Shown here piece by piece: positions 13,738 through 26,133 of a DNA stretch of 64,000 nt (within the stretch, counting starts at the first letter, position 1; each line of letters opens with the position of its first letter). Source of the DNA: Pseudogymnoascus verrucosus (Eukaryota); assembly GCA_001662655.1 (NCBI GenBank), contig KV460211.1, one strand, 5' to 3'. The notes beneath the pieces are model-generated. The model was not told the origin of the DNA. It saw nothing but the letters and a program-made list of their open reading frames with translations, and ran no database searches. The position numbers were made by a program, and so were the translations under genes.

Positions 13738-14121
13738 CGCCACCCACTTCGGAAACGCACCAGCGAGCCTAACTTAATCGCCATTAGCTATGGCTATAGC
13801 GAGAGCGACATTCTGTGAAACGCATCATAGAAATGATCACTCCCTCTACACATATGCCTTCACTGCATGGTCAAGTGCATCCCTTTCGGGGCTTTAGGAT
13901 TATGCGCGGGGGTTGCTATAAGTAAGTCTATAATCTTATATTATATATTATAGTTACTAATGTATATCCTATAGGCCTCTCACCTCTGTTCACACGGAGA
14001 TTGTTCCACTCCAGGGCATATTGTCCTAGAGTTCTGAGAATCAACATGAACCGGCGAAATGGTGAGAGGGTCGCTATTCGTATGCGCGACACAGGGGTGA
14101 TAATCCCAGAGGCTCTCTTCC

Positions 14122-14240
14122 CACTACCATCCCTTCTTACTACCACCCCTTCTCACTACCGCCCCTTCTCACTACCATCCCTTCTCACTACTATCCCTTC
14201 TCACTACTATCCCTTCTCACTTCCATCCCTTCTCACCACC
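14122..14240. repeat. 16-bp minisatellite (cactaccatcccttct), about 7.5 copies
   Basis: Units start at 14122, 14138, 14154, 14170, 14186, 14202, 14218 and 14234 (partial). Confidence 0.9.
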
Positions 14241-14912
14241 TAGCATATCCTTCTTTCCTCCCAGCTCCTTTCCCTCATAACCCCACGGCGTAGTCATCCT
14301 TTGGCATAATATTGGTCTGGGCAGTCACTGACTTGCACCGTTTGCAGCCTCGGTTATTTGGTGTCATAGCTTGGTCAGTTTCTTGTTCGGTATCAAAACG
14401 GGTTCTTCGTTTTGCGATGTTCATGGTCACGTTTGTGCTGGGCGTGTAATAAATATCTAATAAATACAGCTCATGGCCTTTGTCGAAATATTTGAGGTAG
14501 GAGAGATGAGGCTGGTTTATATGAGATAGTAGTGATGGGCTGATACTGTATGTTCGCCTGGAATTTAGTATACCATAGGAAGTGGCATGCAAACTTAGGT
14601 TTGGCTGATATATATTATCCCACGTCAAAAATAAACGACGAACGCAATACTATTTTTACTCTAGTGAAAGTCACCACCTCTATCGCAGATAAAGAAACGA
14701 GAGCCGTGCAAACTGAGCTTGCTAATTAGCAATAAACACTTTGTCCCTTTTTATCATCTCGTAATGTTCGTGTCATGAGATTCTCTCTTACATACAAACT
14801 GCGATATACATCACATCAAATTAACCAACACCCTCAATCCATAATTCATAACTTTCATTTCTCCAAAAAATCAGTCATGACAGGTACTTCTCACAACACC
14901 CCTTCCATCCCC

Positions 14913-15996
14913 TCAAGAGCAATCCTCACAAATCGTCCCATCCGGATTCCTCTTCCTCTCTTCATAGGCCGTATCAGAGATCACTCCTTTAGTCCCGACC
15001 TCTTCCTCCATAATTCCAGTCTCCCCCGCAACTCTCTTATACCTCCCACCCCCCGGCTGTGCTTCCAAAGTCAACTGATCATGCTCCAGCACTTCCTCTT
15101 CCGCGCCCCCGCGGCCTGAACTAGTGACATCGCCAGTCGAGGCCCCTGCGGCTATAAAATCTCGAAGGCTGACCTCGGGGCCTGTAGAACCCAGATAGGC
15201 TGACGTAGCCGCCGTGGTCGTGGCTGGAGCGGCTGTCGTGGCCTCTAGTGTGGGTGTTTCGGCGCTGGGACTGATGGCTTTCTTTTTGCCGTCGACGTGG
15301 CCGAGGTCTCGGTTTGGGTCTATGATGTCTCGCACTCGGCGTTTGATTTCTTTGGTTTCTAGATCTGGGTTAGCACTGTGTCAAGTATGATATGTTTTTC
15401 TTCTTCCTTCTCTTTATTTTACCCGGCGTTGCCTCCCATATTTTCTTAAACACAAAACCAAAATCTCCGGTGGTGCTTTTGGAGAAAAGACTTACCAGGG
15501 AAACCTCCCTCGGTTTTTCGGTCCCATAATAACTTAGATTCCACAGTCAGGTTCGTTATTGTTCCTGTCTCGGCTTGGGTAGTAGAGCCGGGTGTGGTAT
15601 TGTAGAATATCTCAATTGAGAAGACTCCGCCAGTCGCTGGTTGAAGAGCAACTTCTCCCAAGTCCGTCGAGAAGGTCGAGAGTAGTTCTTGTGCAAACTG
15701 TGAATAATTAGGAAAATGAGCCAATATAACCAAGTATGATTGCAATATATAAACTGAATAAATAAGGGACCAGAACGCGAGCAAAAAAGGCATATGTGAG
15801 GGGGCAATGACGTAGTCACGTGCGTCAGGGTTGTCTCTCTGAGACACTCTAGTTATATAACATGGGAATAATTGAAGGAATTCTGCTTGCTTGCACATAC
15901 ATAGGCAGCCCGAAGCATCCACTTGCACTGTGTACAGAACTTGATAACAATCCGCGGATGCGGAGCAGAAGCTGCGAGGCCGTTTGGAGCTTCCAT
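14913..15996 (-). CDS. Rdx-family (SelT/SelW/SelH-like) thioredoxin-fold protein, Cys form
   Basis: Exons 15996-15901, 15697-15496, 15358-14913. Motifs PRIVIKFCTQCKWMLRAAYFAQELLSTF and LLWDRKTEGGFPETKEIKRRVRDIIDPNRDLGHVD. Confidence 0.92.
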
Positions 15997-16772
15997 AACG
16001 AGTCCGTAGATGCCGAGTTGGTTTGGGGATGTCCGACGAAACAAAGCCGTTTTACCAGGATTAGAAACTTCAGATGAACGATTCAAAGTTAAATTACGTT
16101 CTCCTTAATCGTGCTTTAGGCTTCTGGAAATTGGCAAAAGAAGGATTTATTTGGACTCTGTGGCTGTGGTTCGTTGGCCGCCATATGCATGTCACCATTT
16201 GCTAATCTTCGTTAGTGCTCCCGTCCTTCTGGGGAAAACGGGGCCACCTTTAGGGGTTGGCCCCAGAACTTCGAGAGTCCAGATACGGGCAGTGCATATG
16301 GATAAATAATACGAAATTATAATCAAGTGATACAGGAGATACAGCTTTAGGTCGTTGAAAGCTTCGTTGGAGGCCTGAGCGCTCGTCCGATGCTTCCGTG
16401 GCCTCAGACTCCTTCGCGCACAATTACCAATCACAGTCATCACGAACTCACTCCATCAGGAGATATATAGCCAATAACATAAATCAATTGGTTTTCCCAC
16501 CCTATATAGTTACAAGAAAGCGACGTAAAAAAAGAGCCATAATCGTAAGTGTGGTGGCAAGATGGACGCCCTCCGCCACGAGAAATTGTCCTCAGGGCCC
16601 ATCCCCGTCGTTGTAGTATGAAATCTTTGTTTGTCGGTGTGCAGTATCCTTTCGGGTATCCTATGCTCGCTCGTCCCCCTTCTCTTCTGTGTTTCCTTTG
16701 TTTTCTCCAGATTATCGAGCAGCTAAATTCATGACGCCAGGCCAAACTCCCCCATTATTCGTATTCCCCTCC

Positions 16773-17106
16773 TTACATCACCACGCAGCACCCTCCGGTC
16801 GGTTGTGGCGTGTATGGATCGTCCTTCTTGTCGACTGGTCCCCAAACGGATGGAACCATGAAGTCGCGTGTCGTATTAGTGTAGGCAATGATGCTGAGCA
16901 AGTTAGTGGGATGATCGGTCGTGAAGGGGGTGAGTGAGCGATGCGTACCTTCTTGCGGCTTGGGAGACAGGAATGCGCTCGCGCTCAAGGTCCTCTCGTA
17001 AACGATTGTTCAATTCCGTGAGGCGGCGTAGCTTCAGGTCTGCCATTGACTGCTTGTTCTTCTTGATTTGGCTCGGGTCCGCCGCGTCGCGAGATGCGTA
17101 GCCCAT
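16773..17106 (-). CDS. STE18: Heterotrimeric G-protein gamma subunit (92 aa)
   Basis: Exons 17106-16949 and 16893-16773. KLRRLTELNNRLREDLERERIPVS motif; C-terminal CCVVM (CCAAX prenylation box). Confidence 0.96.
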
Positions 17107-17514
17107 GCTGGCGATGGCTCGATTGAACGATGACGATGGGAGTATCGGATAGAGAAGGTCGCTCTTCGATCTTCGTCGGAATGATTAATTGAGGGCAGCT
17201 CTTATGATGTTTGGAGTTGCGGCGTCGGGCTGGTGCTGAAGAGCATAGGAGCTTTGCAATCTCGCAGTAGAGAAGAGTATCCGTCCGTAATATTAGATGG
17301 GTACTGAAGTCACGCCGCCAATGTGTTTCGAAGGGTACGGGATAGGTTAGTCCTATTATAGTTTAGCGTTTCGGTAAGCCCTTTCGTGGGCCGATTCACA
17401 CAACCGCAAAATTGAACGTAGCGCGACATTCGATTCTGACGATTCTCGACAAGACCACCGCCTCTGGGACACCCTGCACGAGTTTCGATCATCGATCAAC
17501 AGAGCTCGCCCAGC

Positions 17515-20500
17515 ATGCCTCCTCCGCCGCATCAAAAGCCGGAGAATGTCCTCAAGAGGGCGCATGAGGTGCGTTCATAGAGAGGATCCTTGCCACCCGC
17601 GACCGGCTCGCGCCCTATATCTAACAAATGCTAACGAATGGTTACAGTTGATGGGAGTTGGCCAGTCTTCAGCCGCTCTAGTCCTGCTCCATGAGCACAT
17701 CACCTCGAAGAGATCCAGAAATGTTCCGATCGCGTCGCTGGAGCCGGTGATGCTCCTGTTGGTGGAGCAGTCCGTGGAACAAAAGAAGGGAAAACTCGCG
17801 AAGGACGCCCTATACCAGTACAAAAATATCAGCCAGAACACCAACGTCGGAACCATCGAGGTAAGGCTCAGCATAACCAGGAGGATAAAATCGCGTCAGG
17901 AAGGGACTGGGCGCTAACTTCAAATTTTATAGCTCGTCCTCAAGAAATTCATCGAACTCGCGGAGACCAAGGTCCAGGAGGCTCAGGCCAAGGCAGATGA
18001 AATCCAGAGCACCCTCGAGACTACTCAAGCAACCGCCAGTATCGATGATCTCGAGGCCAGCGAAACCCCAGAGTCGATTCTCCTGTCCACCGTATCCGGC
18101 GAGCAGTCTCGCGACCGCACAGATCGAGCCATCGTCACTCCTTGGTTGAAGTTTCTGTGGGAGACTTACCGCACCGTTCTCGACATCCTCCGCAACAATG
18201 CTCGCCTGGAAATTATGTATCAGAGCACTGCCATGCAGGCATTTGCCTTCTGCCAGAAATATGCACGCAAGACCGAGTTCCGCAGACTCTGTGAGCTCCT
18301 GAGGAATCACGTCCAGACTGCTGCCAAGTACTCCGCTCAGCAGATGCACGCTATCAACCTGAACGACCCAGACACTCTCCAGCGCCATTTGGAGACGCGT
18401 TTCCAGCAGCTGAATGTTGCGGTTGAGCTCGAGCTGTGGCAAGAGGCTTTCCGCAGTGTTGAGGACATCCACACCCTCCTCAACCTCAGCAAACGCCCAC
18501 CGAAGAACATCATGATGGCCAACTACTACGAGAAGCTTACCCGTATCTTTTTGGTCGGTGAGAACTATCTTTTCCACGCTGCTGCTTGGTCTAGATACTA
18601 CAACCTTCTCCGCCAGTCTGCTGCTATTGTCGCGTCAGGACAGGGCAAGAAGTCGGAAAACCCAGCTGCATCCGAGGCCGATCTCACCAAGGCTGCTTCC
18701 TTCGTTCTGTTGTCTGCTTTGGCCATTCCCGTCATCAGCACCTCCAGATCCCGCGGAGCCTTGATCGATGTTGACCAAGCAAAGAACAACAAGAACTCTC
18801 GCCTGACACACCTTCTTGGCATGTCCGCTGCACCAACCCGCGCGGTCCTGTTCAAGGATGCCATGAGCAAGGGTCTTCTCAGCCGCGCCCGCCCAGAAAT
18901 CCGCGCGCTTTACAACATCCTTGAGGTGGACTTCCACCCTCTCTCGATCTGCCAAAAGATTTCTCCTATCCTGACTAAGATTGGCGCAGACGAAGAGATG
19001 GCCAAGTACATTGCTCCTCTCCAGCAAGTTATCTTGACCAGACTATTCCAGCAACTGTCCCAGGTTTATGAGACTGTCGATGTGAAGTTCGTCGAGAACC
19101 TTGCCCGCTTCCCAGCACCATTCGATGTTTCAAGGGACACTATCGAGAAGTTCATCATGAACGGAAACAAGAAGGGTGACCTTGCTATCCGCCTGGATCA
19201 CGCCACTGGTGTCCTCAGCTTCGATACCGATGTCTTCTCTTCGGCGAAGGCTGTCCACACCGGATCTGCTGCTGGCTCTGCCGAGACGGAATCTCAATCC
19301 GTCCAACGCCTCCAAAGCACTCCTTCAGAAATTGTCCGCACTCAACTTACCCGCCTTGCCAAGTCTCTTTACATCACTTGCCAATATGTGGATCCTTCCT
19401 ACAACCAAGCCCGGGTCAAGGCTCGCGATATTGCATTAGCAAAGGCTAAGGCCGGCGCGGAGCAAGAACATCATGAGACTTTGGCACGCAAGGAGATCAT
19501 CCACAAGAGAAAGGAGGCTGCTAACGAGATTATCGCTCGCAAGGAGAAGGAAGATGCGACAAAGAAGAAGATCAGAGCCGCACAACTCCAAGAGGCTGAA
19601 GATAAGCGTCTTGCCCAGGAGCAGAAGGAGCGTGAGGAGAAGCGCATGAAGGCTGAGCTCGACCGTGTCCGCAAGGATGAGCTCAAGAAGCAGATTGCCG
19701 ATCTCAAGATTGGTACCAAGGCTCTCGATATCGATCTTGAGGACCTGGACAACCTTGATGGAAACCGCCTCCGCGCCATGAAGCTTGCCCAGCTTGAGCG
19801 TGAGAAGAACGACACCAGCGAGAAGTTGAGAATCGCTGGTAAGCGTATCGATCACATCGAGCGTGCGTTCAGAAAGGAGGAGGCCAAGAAGCTCCCTGCC
19901 GACTACGAGGAACAGCGCAAGCGTGATCTTGAGGCGTACGACAAGACCAAGTCGCAGGTCCTTCGGGATGCTGAGGCGAAGCACGCCGAGGATCTCGAGC
20001 TGTCGAAGAGACTGACAAGAATCACACCCATCTACGAGGAGTTCAAGACCGACGTCGTTGCCCGCAGGCACGATGAGTTCGAGAAGCGCCGTCGTGATGC
20101 CGAGAAGGAGCTGGAGAAGCAAATCAACCAGCGCCGCAAGGAGCACAGGGAGCGTAAGATCCGCGAGAAGCGTGAGCGTGAAGAGCAAGAGAGGATTCTC
20201 CGCGAGGAGGAGGAGCGCGCCGCCGTTGAGCTCGCCGAGAAGTCTGCCCGCGAGGAGCGCAGGAGACAGGAGTTCGCCGAGCTCAAGGCCCAGCGTGACA
20301 AGGAGCGTCAAGAAGGTCTCGAGAAGGCTGCCCTCCAAGCCCGCCGTGAGGAGGAGGCCCTTGCTCGCAGAGCAGGTGCCAGAGCCACCGGTGGTCTCCC
20401 AGTCCGCGCAGCAGAGCCAGAGCGTAGCGCCTCAAGCGACCGCCGCCCACCTCTCCCACTCGCCGGCGCCAAGCTCGGCTGGAGAGAGAAGGAGGCCCTC

Positions 20501-20872
20501 AGAGCCGCAGGCCAAGAAGTCCCATCTGAACGCACCGCCTCCCCCGCCGCTCCCGCCGCTCCCTTTGCCCGCACAGACTCCAACGACCGCCCGTCAGGCC
20601 CACCTCGTCTTGCCCTCGCCGGCGGAAAGCCCAGCTGGAGAGACAAGGAGGCCGCGAGAGCCGCCTCTGGCACCTCTCCCGCGCCTGAGTCCCGCGATCG
20701 CGAGGCTCCTGTTATCGCTCGCACCGCGTCTGGAACCGGTCCAGTCCGCGGCCGCACCGATCGCAACGAGAACGAGCGCGAGAGTAGGTCTCCTGCGCCT
20801 CCTGCTGAGCCACTGAAGGCCAGCGGTGGTGCTGGGAAGTACATCCCCAAGCATCTGCGCGACAAGGCTTAG
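17515..20872 (+). CDS. TIF32: Translation initiation factor eIF3 subunit A
   Basis: Exons 17515-17568, 17648-17860, 17933-20872. Starts [21 protein letters not shown] region with [15 protein letters not shown]; long charged coiled-coil. Confidence 0.97.
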
Positions 20873-21484
20873 ATTTACGGATGATAACTAAGGGGATATA
20901 CTGCATGGGCTTTGCGGGAGGGGGTGGGTGGATAGTTGGTCATAGTAGCTAGTTTGGCTAGGCTCTGTCTCTGCTCATCTCTCTTCATTCTTTGATATTG
21001 GCGTTTATTTTTGGTCTTTGTAATGTAGTCGATAGGTGGCGAGCATTGCGAGTTGGTGGGGGATGGGGGGAAAGGCTGACAAGCTGGAGGCCGGCCGAGA
21101 AGAAAAGTCGAGGTGATGCCGCCAAGGGAGATATGGGGTGCCATAGTGAGAGTAGCATAGTTCAGAAATGAATGCAAGGTACACATAATTGATACGATAT
21201 CTGTTTTGTGATTCTAATGGAATAAAAATAATTTTATTTTTCCACTCTACAAAATTACGCGCTCTTAAAAAATTGCAGTTGTGTGTGTGCCCTTCTTTTT
21301 TTTTTGCAAGCATTCCCCAAAAAATTATCCCCCCTCCTCCAACACCCCACCAACTCCCCCAACCTCCCCAAATCACACCACTACACCACACAACACCACA
21401 CCACACTACCCACCTACATACAGCACCAAAAAAATTCAAAACTTTGACTCACCCCTCACGGGACAAGCAAAACAAACGTATAAA

Positions 21485-21573
21485 TTCCGGTACCGGGAAT
21501 CGAACCCGGGGCTACCCGGCTCCAGAGAAAATTTCTTGAAAGCGGGTTATGTTAACCCCTACACTATACCGGA
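21485..21573 (-). tRNA. tRNA-Glu (anticodon TTC) with a 17-nt intron (21520-21536)
   Basis: Reverse complement reads TCCGGTA-TAGTGTAGGGGTTAACATA-ACCCG-CT-TTC-A-[intron]-C-CGGGT-AGCC-CCGGGTTCGATTCCCGG-TACCGGA-A. Acceptor, anticodon and T stems all pair. Confidence 0.95.
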
Positions 21574-21982
21574 AGTATTGAGTTCCGAATGTGCGGTTAT
21601 TTGGTCTCTCGTAAGCGTGAGTGTGCACGACGAAGATGTGAGGATCCGTGATAAAAGGGGGTGTTGGTAGTGTTCAGCGGTGAAGAGTGGTGTAAGTGGT
21701 GTTTGTTTGTTTGTGTGGTTGTGAAGGTAGAGGAATTGTCCAAAAATATTCGAAATAATACATTTGAATATAAATGTGAAAATATGTCGATCATAAATTC
21801 AATTGCATCCAGAAGCCATCGAAATTATAGCACAGCATAGAGTAAATATAACAAAGCAATTTCACAAATACAAAGACACTCATCGCACCCACAAGCAAAC
21901 AAACTTCCAATTCTTTCATCCTGCTTCCTACCAACCGCCCATTCAACTCTAAAAATACCCAATACCCAATACCCAATACCCT

Positions 21983-24259
21983 TCACAATCTTCCCCCAAT
22001 CGCCGGATCCCCCTTCCCCACTTGAGCAGAACCTCGTCGACTTCCCTTCCCACAGTGGCATTGACACGAATTACCAGTTGATACAACTTGACATCCTCCA
22101 TTCCTTCCACCCCACCCTCCGTTCCCTCCACCACAACACCCCAAGCCACCTGCGGCCCCATACGAAGGCATCTGAACCCACAAAACCGTCTGAGCCTGCT
22201 CATTGCGGACATGCCCACAATACCCAGAGCCAGCGGTAGGATAGGGATGAAGTGGTGGATTATAGCCATAGGAGGGATAGAAAAGGGATGCTGCGTACCC
22301 TGTCTGGAGCTGACAACCCACCTGGCCATCCCAACCCCAAGTAGGAAAACCACACCCACAGTGAAGCGAGCGTAACGGGCAACAACCTTGCGAGTTCTGC
22401 ACCACCTTCGAGCAAGGACAAACTTTACAATCCCCATGCGATCCAGAAGACGAACCCTCAGATCCATCCTGTTTCTTATATCCTTTCTCATCCCCATTTT
22501 TGCCCCCATCAGGAACAGGAAGAGCATGAACCCCGCCCTCCTCCACAACATTGCCACCGCCAGCCTTAGACTCCGAAGGCGTCAGCGTCCCCGACATAAC
22601 CGGATCAAACTTCTTGGGTCTAGGCGCCCTTTCAACAGCAGACACCTTCTCACCCCGTGACGCCCGACGAGCACCCTCACGCTCAGCGCCGAATCCTGGG
22701 AGAGGGACTCTATTGGTCTGCCACATACGTCTCTGAGAATCCCTCTTATCTTCCTCCCTTTCTCTGGAAGCCAAAGTCCTAGCAGAATATCGACCTGGTT
22801 GCGGACTAGGCTGCTCACCACGGCTTTTATTAGCCAGCCACGTGCGCCTGTCTTCATCCCTCTCTTCCATCCTGCGTGCCAATGCTCTAGCCCTGGCAGA
22901 GTATCGACCTGGCTGCGGACTAGCCTGTCCATCACGGCTTCGAATCCCCGCCTCACTATCGACCCTCATAACACGCCCATGATGAGCTGAAAGCTGATCA
23001 GCCACAACAAAGGGATTATCCCTCACAACCCTGCGACTTCTCGGTCCCGGAGGTCTAACAGGAGAAGGTGCAAGTCGTAGAGGCTCTGGGTAGTCGCTAG
23101 CGCTGAGATGTGATAGATCCACAGGAGATGGCGGAGGCGAACGGATAGTTGGTGACTGGGTAGTTGTATAATAAGGCGAACCATCAGTCGGCGACTGCGG
23201 CGTCGTATAATGCGCCTTCGCCAAAGCCGCCTGTCGAGCCCATACGTTCGGAGGTAAATCAGGGGTATCTGGATCCACATAGTTCTCCTGCTCGAACTCA
23301 CTTGGCGTATAAATATTTTCAGTCCGCCTCCGATCCTCCATCTCCATATCCCGAGCCTCCATAGCGTCGCTGTCTTCATATATTGCAAATTCTTGGGCTG
23401 CCCCGTCCGTTTTGGCAATGGGCAGGAGCCACTCGCAGTCGATGCACAGACGATGTCCACAGGAAGCGCATCTTTCAATTTCTTCGTTGATAAACCGACA
23501 GATGTGGCAGCTGTATCGCTTGGCTAGTTGCAGTGTCGCCGATTTATCGACTGCCAACGGCTGCCGAGGAGCCAGTGCCGCCTCAGAAGCAGGTGCCGCT
23601 GGAGGAGCAGCTTCAGGTTGGGGAGCCGGTGCTGGTGGAGGAGCAGCTTCAACCTGCGAAGCCGACTCACCCCTCCCACCCCTCCACCACCCCTTGGCCC
23701 CCTCCACTCTAACCCCCACCTCCGTCCCCCTCGTCTTAACCCCCACCCCCACCGCAACCTCATCCCTCACCTCCCCTCTCCCATCCAAATACCTCCCTAT
23801 CTGCTTCGGCACCTCACTAGCAATCTGCCTCGGGACATCCCTCACAAGCTGCTTCAGCATCTCCGTCCCCGGCGTTGCTCCGCTAGCCTCACCGCCTTCA
23901 TTTTTCTTTCCATCGACGTCTAAGTCCAGTCCGAAATTCCGGCGGTGGATACCGAGGCCCAGTCCGAAGTGGCCGGATGTCCCGCTCTCGTGGAGGAGGG
24001 AGGAGAGAGCTTGACGCGCGGCGTGGCGGTGGCGGTGGTGGTGATGGTGGTGGTTTTGACTGTGGCTGTCAAGCGATCGATCACGTTGTTGGCGCGCGGA
24101 GAGATTGAGGTCTTGGTCTGCTGCTGTGGGGATGTCGGGGGGTTGAGCGAGGGAATGGATGCGTGATAGTTCTGCTGCGGCGCCGGAGATGGAGTTGCCT
24201 GCTAGCGGTGTGTTGGAGGAGGCGGAGAGGTTTTGTTTGTGTTTTTTGGAGGGGCCCAT
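21983..24259 (-). CDS. Hypothetical low-complexity protein with a Cys/His zinc-finger-like motif
   Basis: Long uninterrupted ORF (open from 24496; likely start MGPSKKHKQ at 24259). Contains CHICRFINEEIERCASCGHRLCIDCEW, a poly-His tract and a duplicated SPQPGRYSAR. The C-terminal part is uncertain. Confidence 0.6.
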   Translation of the reverse strand: MGPSKKHKQNLSASSNTPLAGNSISGAAAELSRIHSLAQPPDIPTAADQDLNLSARQQRDRSLDSHSQNHHHHHHRHRHAARQALSSLLHESGTSGHFGLGLGIHRRNFGLDLDVDGKKNEGGEASGATPGTEMLKQLVRDVPRQIASEVPKQIGRYLDGRGEVRDEVAVGVGVKTRGTEVGVRVEGAKGWWRGGRGESASQVEAAPPPAPAPQPEAAPPAAPASEAALAPRQPLAVDKSATLQLAKRYSCHICRFINEEIERCASCGHRLCIDCEWLLPIAKTDGAAQEFAIYEDSDAMEARDMEMEDRRRTENIYTPSEFEQENYVDPDTPDLPPNVWARQAALAKAHYTTPQSPTDGSPYYTTTQSPTIRSPPPSPVDLSHLSASDYPEPLRLAPSPVRPPGPRSRRVVRDNPFVVADQLSAHHGRVMRVDSEAGIRSRDGQASPQPGRYSARARALARRMEERDEDRRTWLANKSRGEQPSPQPGRYSARTLASREREEDKRDSQRRMWQTNRVPLPGFGAEREGARRASRGEKVSAVERAPRPKKFDPVMSGTLTPSESKAGGGNVVEEGGVHALPVPDGGKNGDEKGYKKQDGSEGSSSGSHGDCKVCPCSKVVQNSQGCCPLRSLHCGCGFPTWGWDGQVGCQLQTGYAASLFYPSYGYNPPLHPYPTAGSGYCGHVRNEQAQTVLWVQMPSYGAAGGLGCCGGGNGGWGGRNGGCQVVSTGNSCQCHCGKGSRRGSAQVGKGDPAIGGRL

Positions 24260-24549
24260 CGTTTGTGGGGAGGGTGTTTGTTGACGAGTTGAGATGCTGG
24301 AGGAGATTGAATGATGTATGGAGTTTAAGAGGTCTGGGGTGGTTGCAGGATAATAGAGATATTCTCGGACCCCCTGGGAATAGAATAGTCTTGGGATAAA
24401 GTATGCAGAGAAGAGAACTTGGTTAAAAGAATGAAGGCATACAACGGACGCACGCTCACAACCATGTAGCCATGCTTGGTATATAGGAGTGGACATGGAA
24501 ATGGGAGAGCAGCTGCCAAAGCGAGTGCCTGGGACTTTGCAGCAGTATA

Positions 24550-24760
24550 GAAGGAAGGCACGACTGGAGGGCTGCTCTTGCCTTCTTCATCGAGAAGTGG
24601 AAAGGGAAAGTGCGACTGGAGGGTGGTTGCTCTTGCCACTTTCATCGCAGGAGTTGAAAGGGAAGGCACGAAGGGAGGTTTGCTCTTGCCTCTTCCAAAA
24701 GGATGAATTGAAGTTGTAGAAAGGGAAAGTGCGAGTGACTGGCAGCTCTTGCCTACTTTA
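24550..24760. repeat. Degenerate 53-63-bp tandem repeat, 4 copies
   Basis: GCTCTTGCC at 24574, 24629, 24682 and 24745, each preceded by GAA(A)GG(G)AARG(C/T)(A/G)CGA. Confidence 0.8.
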
Positions 24761-25009
24761 TAACAAATGATACGATATGAACTCTGACATATGTAATGAA
24801 AACCACTTACCTACAACAATAATAGTTGTCACATCAACATAAGGGGCACATCAAGCGACGACATGCACAACACCCCCGACATTCACGCGGACCCAGCTCA
24901 CATAACACGACGCGATCTCGAACATTCTTTGGATATACACGGTACGGTTTTTAATACAACTTTACCATCTCTAAAAGCCCTCTATAACAATCTCAAGCAA
25001 TCCGAAGGA

Positions 25010-25988
25010 TTACTTGAGCGCAGCCTGCAGACTCTCCAGAACCTATTACGTTTTCTCAGTCAGCACAATGTCCCCGTGTCCAATTCTTCCAACTGCTGCA
25101 GATTTGCAGGTTGGATAGTATGTATGGCTCGGCTTACCTCAATCTCGATGTTGGCCTCAGCGATCTCCGTCGCGCTGCCGTTGCCGCTAGCCACCTTCTG
25201 CGCCTCGGTGAGCTGCGAGCGCACAGCCTCGATGCTGAAGTCCTCAAGGGGGAAACCCTCGACGGCGTTGATGCTGAGGACGGAGTTGGGGTTCATGACG
25301 GCGAAGCCACCGGACACTATATCAATTACACCCGTTAGCTTCCATCCCTTTAGATATCCCGACACAATTATCTCCTGACGCAATTCGACCTCGGTTCGGT
25401 GCAATTTGCTGGTTCAAGATATGTATCGGGTGGAAGGTGGGGAAGACGCACGGAAAAACTGCTTGCTGCCAGCGCTCTCCTCAATGACCTCGATCAATCC
25501 AGGCTTGAGCTGCTCGATCGAAGGGACGTGGTTGGCGAGGAGACCCATCTCTCCAGACTCGGCGGCGATGTTGACCTGGACGACGTCGTGGGAGGTGTAG
25601 ACCTTCTATAAGACACACACACGTCAGCCATCTCTTCAATCTCCCATTTCCACTCCCTCCCGATATCCAATGGCTCCCCGTTGTGTTTGTCGTCAAATTC
25701 CCTCCTCCAAATCGGCTAAGCATCCACCACAACCACCCATCTCCCATCCATCTCAATCCGGCCCATCTCATCGAAAAAACATAGATTCGCATACCTGGTG
25801 AGGAAGGTTCAAGCTCAGCTTGATCTGCAACATCTCCATTAGCCATTCCGCTCCCCAAAATCTTCCTCCGAAGTCAAGCAACCGACCTTATCCGAGACAG
25901 CCTCAGCATATCCTCTGCGCTGGACAGGAGCCTTCATGGCAGGGGCGCGAACGCGCAGGGCCGCGCGGGCAATGCGGAAGGAGTTCAT
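25010..25988 (-). CDS. ATP16: Mitochondrial F1 ATP synthase delta subunit (165 aa)
   Basis: Exons 25988-25887, 25824-25795, 25605-25452, 25316-25138, 25042-25010. Presequence ...RRGYAEA; QVNIAAESGEMGLLANHVPSIEQLKPGLIEV; LSGGFA. Confidence 0.97.
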
Positions 25989-26133
25989 GATGGCGTGTGT
26001 GGAGGGGGTGGTTCAATTGGGAGGGGGACAATCAAGAGCTTGCGGGAGCGTCGTCGAGGAGCTTCGGGATAGATTCTCGTGATGGCCTCGCTAAAATGGG
26101 ATTGTATTTCTTGGCGGAGTTTAATTTCGATAT

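Noticed and set aside
14275..14628. 117-aa minus-strand ORF
   Set aside because: No recognisable domain or splice support; it may be a relic but cannot be supported.
14913..14915. Selenocysteine readthrough of the TGA in the SelW-like gene
   Set aside because: The active-site position is Cys (CTQC), Dikarya lack Sec machinery, and no SECIS was recognised.
17927..20865. Long antisense or alternative-frame ORFs over eIF3a (also over HSP104, DUF2457 and patatin)
   Set aside because: Shadows of biased codon usage with no independent features.
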